From the NCBI GenBank assembly GCA_035569025.1, contig DATMNN010000098.1, positions 11,644 through 75,643 of the forward strand: a stretch of DNA of 64,000 bases. The letters run 5' to 3'. Below are positions 9,194 to 17,688 of the stretch, one piece after another. Source of the DNA: Terriglobales bacterium (GTDB lineage Bacteria; Acidobacteriota; Terriglobia; Terriglobales; Acidobacteriaceae). A program made the translations under genes and the position numbers. The notes under the pieces are model-generated. The model saw only the letters and a program-made list of their open reading frames with translations, ran no database searches and was not told the origin of the DNA. Each line of letters begins with the position of its first letter. Position 1 is the first letter of the stretch.

Positions 9194-9379
9194 ATGAAGG
9201 GGGAAACCAAAGAACGGTGGATGCACTTGTGCGACCTGGCCGCTGATGAACAGAACCCCGCGAAACTTCTAGCGCTCATCACGGAAATTAACGACCTACT
9301 CGGAAAAAAGGAAGCAAGATTAAAGGTGCGACAGGACGAGGAAAGCTCCCACGCCCAACGGGATCAATTCGTGGATTGA
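9194..9379 (+). CDS. Small helical hypothetical protein (61 aa)
   Basis: The internal ATG gives MKGETKERWMHLCDLAADEQNPAKLLALITEINDLLGKKEARLK…. By recollection this pattern is common in small soil-bacterial proteins. Confidence 0.5.
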   Translation: MKGETKERWMHLCDLAADEQNPAKLLALITEINDLLGKKEARLKVRQDEESSHAQRDQFVD

Positions 9380-9519
9380 ACAAGGCGCTCTGCGTCACCG
9401 AGTAAGTGTCTCATTTCCCGAAGAAGTGCTTTTCTGCTGTTCGGGTCTGAGGTGACCTTCAGAAGTGCAAGCAAATTCTCAATGTCTCGCTGAACATCAG
9501 CAAATTCTTGTGTCGGCAT
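9364..9519 (-). CDS. Small helical hypothetical protein (51 aa, below the ORF-track cutoff)
   Basis: Hand translation gives MPTQEFADVQRDIENLLALLKVTSDPNSRKALLREMRHLLGDAERLVQSTN*. It is convergent with 9194..9379 and overlaps it by 16 nt. The RBS is weak. Confidence 0.3.
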   Translation of the reverse strand: MPTQEFADVQRDIENLLALLKVTSDPNSRKALLREMRHLLGDAERLVQSTN

Positions 9520-9656
9520 TTCCGAATGATGACAGGACAAGACGGTGGTCTGGAATACCCGGAATCCTTCACCACCATCGGGTAGGTCCCTTTACACTTT
9601 CGTGGCGTTAGCCACGCCTCGCGCCATGGCGGGACTTCGCAATAACTCAGCTCGCC

Positions 9657-9718
9657 GGGTCCCCCACGTTTCGTTCTTTGAAACGTGGGTGCTGACGGCG
9701 GAATAGACGCCGGGCGCC
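9657..9718. repeat. REP-like ~60-nt element (hairpin cccacgtttcgttctttgaaacgtggg plus tail gtgctgacggcggaa…gcgcc)
   Basis: Near-identical to 8577-8636. Confidence 0.8.
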
Positions 9719-9771
9719 TTTTGTTTCGACTTCTTTCGCTTTCTTTCGAGATGGTGTATTCTGCCAGTCGT

Positions 9772-10929
9772 ATGGCGATGAATATCCAGCCCTCCCTTCT
9801 CTGTGTAACGCTCCTGGCGGCTGCTCTGGCCGCCGCTCAGCAGTCCCCCATCGGCTACAAACCCGCTCCCGACGCCGACAGTAAGAAGACAATCCTGCTC
9901 AAGGATTTCCATCCCGAAACCGCGCTGCACGCTGCGAAACATGAAATCAATCGCGCGAAGTTTCCCGTCTTCGACGTACACAATCACACAAACGACGCCC
10001 GAGGTATTGGGGACCGCGTCGATCCGAAGGAACTGGTCGAGCGCATGGACCGCCTCAATGTGAAGACGATCGTCATCCTCACCGGCGGCTGGGGCGCAGA
10101 CTTGCAGAAGCTGATCGACACAATGGTCAAGCCTTATCCCGGACGCTTCATCGTGATGACCCAGATGGACTGGAGCAAAATCGACGATCCCAACTTCAGC
10201 CAGCTGATGGTCAAGCAGCTCGACGATTCCGTGGCGCGTGGCGCGCGCGGCCTGAAGATCCTCAAAGAACTCGGCCTAGGAGTGCGAGACAAAACTGGCA
10301 AACTCATCCCCGTCGACGATGCGCGCCTCGATCCTGTCTGGGATGAGTGCGGACGCCTGGGCATTCCTGTCTTCATTCATGTGGCCGATCCCGAAGCGTT
10401 CTTTCATCCGATTGATGCAAGCAACGAGCGTTACGAAGAATTGATTGAGCATCCCGACTGGAGTTTCTACGGACACGATTTCCCGACGCTGCCCGAGTTG
10501 ATGGCGCAACGCGATCGCATGTTCGCGAAGCATCCGCATACGACTTTTGCGGCGCTGCACTTCGGGAGTTGGCCGGAGAACATCGATTTCGTCGAGCAGA
10601 CGCTCGTGAAATTTCCCAACGTGATGATCGAAACCGGAGCCCGCGAAGGGGAGCTCGGACGGCAGCCTCGACGAGTGCGCGCGCTGTTCCTGAAATTTCC
10701 CGACCGCATCATGTTCGGCACCGACGAAGGCGCGTCAGAAGAGATGTATCGGAACTATTTCCGCTGGCTCGAAACCGATGATGAATACTTTCCATACGCG
10801 CAGTATCCGGGCCAGGGAAGGTGGATGATTTACGGATTGGGATTGCCGGATGATGTGTTGGAGAAGGTCTATCACGGAAACGCCGAGCGGTTGTTTGCGC
10901 AATTCAAGGGCGCGATGCCACAGAAATGA
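9772..10929 (+). CDS. Secreted amidohydrolase-family metal-dependent hydrolase (Amidohydro_2-like)
   Basis: Signal peptide MAMNIQPSLLCVTLLAAALAAAQ is present. FDVHNHT near the N-terminus is an HxH-type metal site. …IHVADP… and …MFGTDEG… fit TIM-barrel amidohydrolases. Confidence 0.85.
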   Translation: MAMNIQPSLLCVTLLAAALAAAQQSPIGYKPAPDADSKKTILLKDFHPETALHAAKHEINRAKFPVFDVHNHTNDARGIGDRVDPKELVERMDRLNVKTIVILTGGWGADLQKLIDTMVKPYPGRFIVMTQMDWSKIDDPNFSQLMVKQLDDSVARGARGLKILKELGLGVRDKTGKLIPVDDARLDPVWDECGRLGIPVFIHVADPEAFFHPIDASNERYEELIEHPDWSFYGHDFPTLPELMAQRDRMFAKHPHTTFAALHFGSWPENIDFVEQTLVKFPNVMIETGAREGELGRQPRRVRALFLKFPDRIMFGTDEGASEEMYRNYFRWLETDDEYFPYAQYPGQGRWMIYGLGLPDDVLEKVYHGNAERLFAQFKGAMPQK

Positions 10930-10935
10930 TAAATA

Positions 10936-10966
10936 CACCACGGAGGCACGAAGTCACGGAGAAAAC
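10936..10966. repeat. Short repeat family ccacggaggcac(c)ga(a/g)g
   Basis: caccacggaggcacgaagtcacggagaaaac. Related copies are at 37731 and 49143, each directly after a stop codon. Confidence 0.5.
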
Positions 10967-11038
10967 AAAAAAGGTTTCGCCTCCCTCTGCGTCTCGGCGG
11001 TAGATATTGGTTTTGCTTGACAACGACCACGGCCTTCG

Positions 11039-11070
11039 ACGAAAGTTACTAAACGAAAGTAAACGAAATA
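11039..11070 (+). promoter_or_regulatory. Direct repeats ACGAAAGT / ACGAAAGT / ACGAAATA upstream of the DeoR gene (putative operator); TTGACA at 11017-11022
   Basis: Three copies at 11039, 11053 and 11063, read directly. DeoR-family operators are commonly reiterated short repeats. Confidence 0.35.
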
Positions 11071-11080
11071 TCACTTTTTA

Positions 11081-11857
11081 ATGCCCTCAGACGGACTGTT
11101 CAACGAAGAACGCAGGCGCGCGATCCTGGCGATGTTGCACCAGGACGGCCGCGTGCTGGTTAAAGATCTGGCGCGGCATTTCAAAATCTCGCAGATTACG
11201 ATTCGCAAGGACCTTGAGATTCTCGATAGTCAGGGCGCCGTGCAGCGGACTCACGGCGGCGCGTTGCCGGTGCAGCCGGGAGCGCTGCTCGATCCCACGC
11301 TTCGCGAAAAAGAGAAACTGCATCGCCGGGAAAAAGCGCGCATTGCCGAGGCTGCGGTCAAACTGGTGGAAGAAGGGCAGTCTGTACTGCTGGACTCCGG
11401 TACTACCACGACTGCGATTGCGCGTGCGTTGAAAGATATGTCGCGGCTCACGGTGATTACGAATTCCATCAATATTGCCGCTGAGCTGGCAGGCACTCAC
11501 ATTGAAGTGATCCTCACCGGAGGCATGCTGCGCAAGAATTCGTTTTCGCTGGTCGGTCCGCTGGCGGAACAGACTTTGCGTCAACTGAGCGCCGACATTC
11601 TTTTCCTCGGCGTCGACGGCTTCGACACTCGCGCTGGATTATTCACTCCAAACCTGCTGGAAGCGCAGGTCAATCGCGCCATGGTAGAGATCGCGCGGCG
11701 CACGGTAGCAGTGTGCGACTCCAGCAAATTTGGACGACGCAGTTTATGCAACATCATGCCGGTGACGTCCGTCCAGGAAGTTGTAACCGACAATCTGATT
11801 CCGAAGTCTGACCTGCGGGCATTGAAAGAAGCGGGCGTGAAAGTGACGGTAGTTTAG
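11081..11857 (+). CDS. DeoR/GlpR-family transcriptional regulator
   Basis: N-terminal HTH (RRRAILAMLHQDGRVLVKDLARHFKISQITIRKDLEILD) plus a C-terminal DeoR sugar-binding domain. Confidence 0.9.
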   Translation: MPSDGLFNEERRRAILAMLHQDGRVLVKDLARHFKISQITIRKDLEILDSQGAVQRTHGGALPVQPGALLDPTLREKEKLHRREKARIAEAAVKLVEEGQSVLLDSGTTTTAIARALKDMSRLTVITNSINIAAELAGTHIEVILTGGMLRKNSFSLVGPLAEQTLRQLSADILFLGVDGFDTRAGLFTPNLLEAQVNRAMVEIARRTVAVCDSSKFGRRSLCNIMPVTSVQEVVTDNLIPKSDLRALKEAGVKVTVV

Positions 11858-11869
11858 GAACGCAAAGGA

Positions 11870-12946
11870 ATGAATCCGACGAACATCTCGACCGAGCCCG
11901 GCGCGCACACGCTGAACGAAATCCTGTCGCAGCCTGAGTGCTGGAGTGCGTGTCTGCGAAAACTGGCGTCCAGTGCCGAGTTTCAGGCAGCCGTGGGGCG
12001 GGCGCGGCCCGGCGGCGAGTGGATCTTTGTAGGCTGCGGGACGAGCTATTACCTCGCGCTGGCGGCGGCTTCTGCGTTCAATCACGTCGGACTCGCAGCG
12101 AGAGCGGTGCCCGGTTCCGAAGTGTTGCTTTATCCCGCGCTGTCGCTGCCCCCCGGCCGCGAATATATTCCCGTGATCATCTCCCGGTCGGGACGCACGT
12201 CGGAAGCGGTGCGGGCCGCTCGGCTGCTCGAAAAGGAACGGAACCTGCGCACGATCGCGATCACGTGCGCAGATGGCCAGGCGCTGGAGGCGGAATCGAG
12301 CCTCACGCTCAAGCTGCTCGATGCCGACGAACAGAGTACCGTCATGACGCGGTCGTTTACGTCCATGCTGCTGGGACTTCAATACCTGGCCGCAAAGATT
12401 GCCGGCGACCAGCAGCTTTGTGATGCAATCATGAAACTTCCAGAGGAGGCCTCGCCACTGCTGGAGGATAATCCGCAACAACTGCGCTTGTTTGTGGAAT
12501 CGCGCAGCTTTGAGGATTGCATTTTTCTCGCGCAGGGACGGCTCTTTGGAATTGCCTCCGAGTGCATGCTGAAGGTGACGGAATCGTCATGCACGTACGC
12601 GCAAGTATTTCATTCGCTAGAATTCCGCCACGGTCCGAAGAGTATTGTGGGGCCGGATACGCTGATCACGTTTTTGATGTCGGAATCTTCTTACGACGCG
12701 GAATTGGAATTACTGGAGGAAATGAAGAATCTGGGTGCGGGAACTCTGGTCGTGGCGAATCGTCTGGAGGCGCGAGCCGAAAAGGCAGCCGATTTCGCGA
12801 TCGAACTGGGATTGAGCGTGCACGAGTACGCGCGGCCCGCGGCCTACACTATCTGGGGACAACTGTACGGCGTCTACAACGGACTGAAGAAGGGGCTGAA
12901 TCCTGACTCGCCGAAGAATCTGACGCGGGTAGTGGAGTTGGAATAG
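11870..12946 (+). CDS. SIS-domain sugar(-amine) phosphate isomerase/deaminase, AgaS/GlmS-C-like
   Basis: There are two SIS-like halves. Motifs VGCGTSYYLA and IISRSGRTSE are present. The N-terminus LNEILSQPECW resembles the AgaS family. Confidence 0.85.
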   Translation: MNPTNISTEPGAHTLNEILSQPECWSACLRKLASSAEFQAAVGRARPGGEWIFVGCGTSYYLALAAASAFNHVGLAARAVPGSEVLLYPALSLPPGREYIPVIISRSGRTSEAVRAARLLEKERNLRTIAITCADGQALEAESSLTLKLLDADEQSTVMTRSFTSMLLGLQYLAAKIAGDQQLCDAIMKLPEEASPLLEDNPQQLRLFVESRSFEDCIFLAQGRLFGIASECMLKVTESSCTYAQVFHSLEFRHGPKSIVGPDTLITFLMSESSYDAELELLEEMKNLGAGTLVVANRLEARAEKAADFAIELGLSVHEYARPAAYTIWGQLYGVYNGLKKGLNPDSPKNLTRVVELE

Positions 12947-12981
12947 CACTCAGCATTCAGGATTCAGCACTCAGCATTTGG
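12947..12981. repeat. Heptamer tandem array (C/T)TCAGCA-type directly after the stop codon
   Basis: cactcagcattcaggattcagcactcagcatttgg begins 1 nt after the SIS gene stop. Confidence 0.5.
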
Positions 12982-13020
12982 CTCAACCACGGCATTCATC
13001 AGGGTATCGGAAGGCCATCT

Positions 13021-13941
13021 TTGTCCAACCTCGACATTTGCATTGCCGGCGAACTCAATTTTGATCTGATTTTGTATGGGCTTCCGCAGCAGATGCCTGC
13101 CGAGCGCGAGTTGCTCGCTGACTCGTTCAGCATGACTTTGGGCAGCTCGTCCGCGATTGTGGCGCACAATCTCGCGGCCCTTGGTAGCCGGGTTGGATTC
13201 ATTACCAAGGTCGGCGACGACGCTTTGGGGCAAATGGCGCTGGACCAGATGCGCGCCGGCCGAGTCGATCTTTCGCGCGTGGTCGTTGCCAAGGGGGCAG
13301 GGTCCGGAATCACGGTGATTCTTCCGCATGAGCGGGAGCGCCACATGTTCACCTATCTCGGAACCATTTCCGAGTTGCGCTACGAAGATATCGACTTCGC
13401 ATACCTGACTTCCGCGCGGCACTTTCATTTGTCGTCGCTGTTTCTGCAACGCGCCCTGGCGCCGCGCGTCCCTGAACTTTTCCAACGTCTGAGGGCTGCG
13501 GGAGTTACTATCTCACTCGACACTAACGACGACCCCGATGATCGATGGGAGGGCCTGGAAGCAATTCTGCCTTACGTCGATGTCCTTCTGCCGAATGAGC
13601 GGGAAGCGATGAAGATGGCGCGCACGGATGATCTGGAGACTGCTGTGGCCTATCTATCCAAGCGCGTCAAGACGGTGGTCGTCAAACTGGGATCGCGCGG
13701 GGCGATGGCGATCCGCGATGGAAAGCAGTTTACGGCGTCCGCTGTGAGCGTAAAAGTCGTTGACCCCGTGGGCGCGGGCGACAGTTTCGACGCCGGTTTC
13801 CTTCACCAGTTTCTGCGGGGCAGCGATCTTCAAACCTGCCTCGACTTCGGAAATGCCTGCGGAGCATTCTCCACGACCGCGCCCGGCGGCACGCAAGCAT
13901 TCCGCAATCAAACTGCGATGCAGGCTTTCCTGGGGAAGTGA
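13021..13941 (+). CDS. PfkB-family carbohydrate kinase
   Basis: TTG start. The C-terminal motif VDPVGAGDSFDAGF is the PfkB signature, with a ribokinase-like fold pattern. Confidence 0.85.
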   Translation: MSNLDICIAGELNFDLILYGLPQQMPAERELLADSFSMTLGSSSAIVAHNLAALGSRVGFITKVGDDALGQMALDQMRAGRVDLSRVVVAKGAGSGITVILPHERERHMFTYLGTISELRYEDIDFAYLTSARHFHLSSLFLQRALAPRVPELFQRLRAAGVTISLDTNDDPDDRWEGLEAILPYVDVLLPNEREAMKMARTDDLETAVAYLSKRVKTVVVKLGSRGAMAIRDGKQFTASAVSVKVVDPVGAGDSFDAGFLHQFLRGSDLQTCLDFGNACGAFSTTAPGGTQAFRNQTAMQAFLGK

Positions 13942-13959
13942 TTCGAACAGGGAAGTGAA

Positions 13960-14036
13960 TGGGGTGGGAAACGGGAATCGAACCCGCAACCGCCGGAGCC
14001 ACAGTCCGGTGCTCTGCCAGTTGAGCTATTCCCACC
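13960..14036 (-). tRNA. tRNA-His (anticodon GUG) with genomically encoded G-1 and CCA
   Basis: Folded by hand: G-1, acceptor GTGGGAA/TTCCCAC, anticodon arm CCGGA-CTGTGGC-TCCGG, T-arm GCGGG-TTCGATT-CCCGT, discriminator C, then CCA. Confidence 0.9.
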
Positions 14037-14144
14037 GCAGGCAACAATTATAGCAAGTGGGGAGTGCGAGAGGTCCTTTCGTCCGAGGCTTGGTTGCTTG
14101 AGCGCACCGAGTTTATTCGGCGATGTCGGCGCAGACACGGTTAT

Positions 14145-15200
<1,056 letters not shown>

Positions 15201-15662
15201 CTATTTCACGCTGTTATACTCCTTATCGCTAACAGGCTCTAACCAAACTGTTTTTCCCTTTTGAATCGGTGTAGTCGCAAGATAGGTAAAGCCAGTTTTC
15301 GGTGATGCGCCGTGCCAATGCTCTACGCCGGGGAGGGACTTCACTACATCCCCCTTGTGGACTATTTGTATTGGCTTTCCCCTTTCCTGGTAATAGCCAG
15401 TGCCGTCCAGAATGAGCAGGATTTGGCCACCAGGATGACTATGCCAATCCAGCCTTGCACCCGCATCAAAGGTTGCTACGGCAACCGCGAAATCGAACGT
15501 ACTATCACCGGCACTCAACTCACTCAGCCAAACATTTCCCGTGTGATTTTTCGTGGTGGATAGTTCACCTTTTGGGAAAATTGCGTCTCCGGTTTGTGCT
15601 TCGGACTGGGGACTGAATACAAGGCCTATTGCGAAAGCGATAATCTGAATTCTTGTTCTCAT
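15201..15662 (-). CDS. Secreted cupin-domain protein
   Basis: ATG at 15662 follows AAGGAAG. A signal peptide is present. The cupin motifs are LDWHSHPGGQILLILDG and PGVEHWHG. Confidence 0.8.
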   Translation of the reverse strand: MRTRIQIIAFAIGLVFSPQSEAQTGDAIFPKGELSTTKNHTGNVWLSELSAGDSTFDFAVAVATFDAGARLDWHSHPGGQILLILDGTGYYQERGKPIQIVHKGDVVKSLPGVEHWHGASPKTGFTYLATTPIQKGKTVWLEPVSDKEYNSVK

Positions 15663-15833
15663 CTTAGAATCTTCCTTTTTGTGCTTTTGTTCGTGACGTG
15701 AGCCGATCAATATCACTAATACCGTTTCTGTAAGTTTCGGATCCGCTCTCATGTCCCTTATTCGATCAGTGAGACGATCCACAGCTCGGCGAAGCACGTC
15801 TGTCAGTTAAATAGTGTCGTGACGCTGGCCGAT

Positions 15834-16337
15834 TTAGTGGCCTGCCTCTGGAGTGAGCAGTCTTGTGAAGGAGAGCGAAGCCAGTTTTCGCACGCCGCCT
15901 TCTTGCACGTATACCTCGGTGACCATAAACGGGTTTGTCACCTCATTGCCGCCGACCACGGCCAACAAACGCATCTTGGTGAGTACGATCGCGGTGCCGC
16001 CGAAGAACCTCACTGAGGCTTCTTCAATATCTGCCTTCTTATATTGAATCCGCCCGCTTTTGATGACATCGAGCTCCTGCGCTTTGGACATGGTGGCACC
16101 CATGTGGACGAACACAGCCTGTTCATCGAAGAGAGCGGCAAGTGCATCCACATTGCGGTCAGACATCCAGTCCCACTTCTTCTTCGAGATGTTGAGTAGT
16201 TCCTGTTCCGCATTCGTGGCCGGAGTAGCGGCCTTTGAGGGTTGAGCGTTGCTTGGTGGCGTGCCGATCACCAGCAGGCAGATTGCGAGGATCATTGCTT
16301 GGATAGAGGTCGGGACTAGTTCGAAGCGAAGCAGCAT
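15834..16337 (-). CDS. Secreted NTF2-like (SnoaL/DUF4440-type) protein
   Basis: A signal peptide is present. The pattern WDWMSDRNVDALAALFDEQAVFVHMG… is typical of NTF2-like folds. Confidence 0.7.
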   Translation of the reverse strand: MLLRFELVPTSIQAMILAICLLVIGTPPSNAQPSKAATPATNAEQELLNISKKKWDWMSDRNVDALAALFDEQAVFVHMGATMSKAQELDVIKSGRIQYKKADIEEASVRFFGGTAIVLTKMRLLAVVGGNEVTNPFMVTEVYVQEGGVRKLASLSFTRLLTPEAGH

Positions 16338-16543
16338 AGTTCTCCTTATTTTCGCCCGCTTCAAGCCGGCGATTGGCTTGGTGTTGGATCTTCCGTCGCA
16401 CGCCCCGACACTATGGCCAAATGACCGTGGAACGGTAGCCCGATCCTGCCAATTTATTGCCTATTCCTCTTGTCCGGAGAAAAATCAATGGCTTTGCTGG
16501 AGACACGCGGCTATCTTTAGAAAGGGCGGTGCAGGTCGTTAAC

Positions 16544-17503
16544 ATGAAAAATAAGAAAGGAAAGGCCACTCTGAAAGCCAAACAAGCGAGCGAGTTGCAG
16601 GCAGCACTCGCCCGAAGGATTGCCTCCTTCATGGGCATGGAAGAAAATCGGACAACAGAGATTCCGGGCGTCAGCCTCCACCGGCGGACCGCTCCTACCC
16701 CGCCGTGCCGCATGACCTACCATCCCGGAGTCATCGTAGTCGCACAGGGCAGCAAGCAGGTGAACCTTGGCCGCACCAGCTTTATCTACGACCCGTCGCG
16801 CTTCGTCGTGACTGCGGTGGATTTGCCGATCGTGAGCTGGGTGGCCGAGGCGACCGAGCAGATTCCGTGTCTCGCTTTGTCAATCAAGTTGGACATGTCC
16901 ATGGTGCGGGAGTTGCTCAGCCGCGAGGAAATTCATGTCGCAGAAGCTCCCTCTGACAGTCCGGCAATGTCAATCGGTGAAACCACGCCCGAATTCCTGA
17001 ACGCGTGCTGCCGCCTGGTGGACCTGTTGAACAATCCGCAGGACATTCCTTTTCTGAGCGGCCTGATTCAGCGCGAGATTATCTATCGCGTCCTGCGGGG
17101 ACCAGCGGGAGCGCGCCTGCGCGCAGTAGCAACGCTCGGAGATCAAAGTCACCGTACTTCAAAAGCGATTGCGTGGATCACGGCGAACTATGCCACGCCT
17201 CTACGCGTCGAAGAACTCGCAGAGCTTGCGAGCATGGGCTTGTCCACACTGCACCATCACTTCCGTGCCCTGACTTCGATGAGTCCGCTTCAGTATCAAA
17301 AACAACTCCGGCTCCAATCAGCGCGGAGTCTGATGCTGAACAATGGTCTCGACGCCGCGAGCGCGGCCTATGAGGTCGGCTACGAAAGCGCTACGCAATT
17401 CAATCGCGAATACAGTCGCTTCTTCGGCCAACCTCCTATGCGAGACGTTCGGGCGCTTCTTTCACCGGGTGGTCCAAAACTCGAATTTGCCGGTAGCCTC
17501 TGA
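16544..17503 (+). CDS. AraC-family transcriptional regulator (AraC_N plus HTH_18)
   Basis: The C-terminal block is LRVEELAELASMGLSTLHHHFRALTSMSPLQYQKQLRLQSARSLM…YESATQFNREYSRFFG. The gene is divergent from the NTF2/cupin/AKR genes. Confidence 0.9.
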   Translation: MKNKKGKATLKAKQASELQAALARRIASFMGMEENRTTEIPGVSLHRRTAPTPPCRMTYHPGVIVVAQGSKQVNLGRTSFIYDPSRFVVTAVDLPIVSWVAEATEQIPCLALSIKLDMSMVRELLSREEIHVAEAPSDSPAMSIGETTPEFLNACCRLVDLLNNPQDIPFLSGLIQREIIYRVLRGPAGARLRAVATLGDQSHRTSKAIAWITANYATPLRVEELAELASMGLSTLHHHFRALTSMSPLQYQKQLRLQSARSLMLNNGLDAASAAYEVGYESATQFNREYSRFFGQPPMRDVRALLSPGGPKLEFAGSL

Positions 17504-17688
17504 ATAGGTTTATCGATTTCGTCTATCGCTGCAAGCCTGCGCTTTGAGTGTCAACCGAACTTGCACATAAGTCGTATAGGGTTGTCGGTCAGCGGTGGGC
17601 TACCGAGAGGTATCCAGAACGGGCTTGGCACACCTGAGACGAATGCCGCCCAAGCGGAGCTTGGACGGGCCGCCCTCGAACCTAACTA

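Noticed and set aside
13654-14138. Several 76-111 aa ORFs around 13650-14140
   Set aside because: They overlap the PfkB gene 3' end or tRNA-His and have no coding features.
17504-17688. Possible ncRNA between the convergent AraC and dehydrogenase-like genes
   Set aside because: It contains hairpins (gcttggc…gcccaagc). It matches no RNA family I can recognise (SRP, 6S, TPP and others were checked by eye). It is most simply a pair of terminators.
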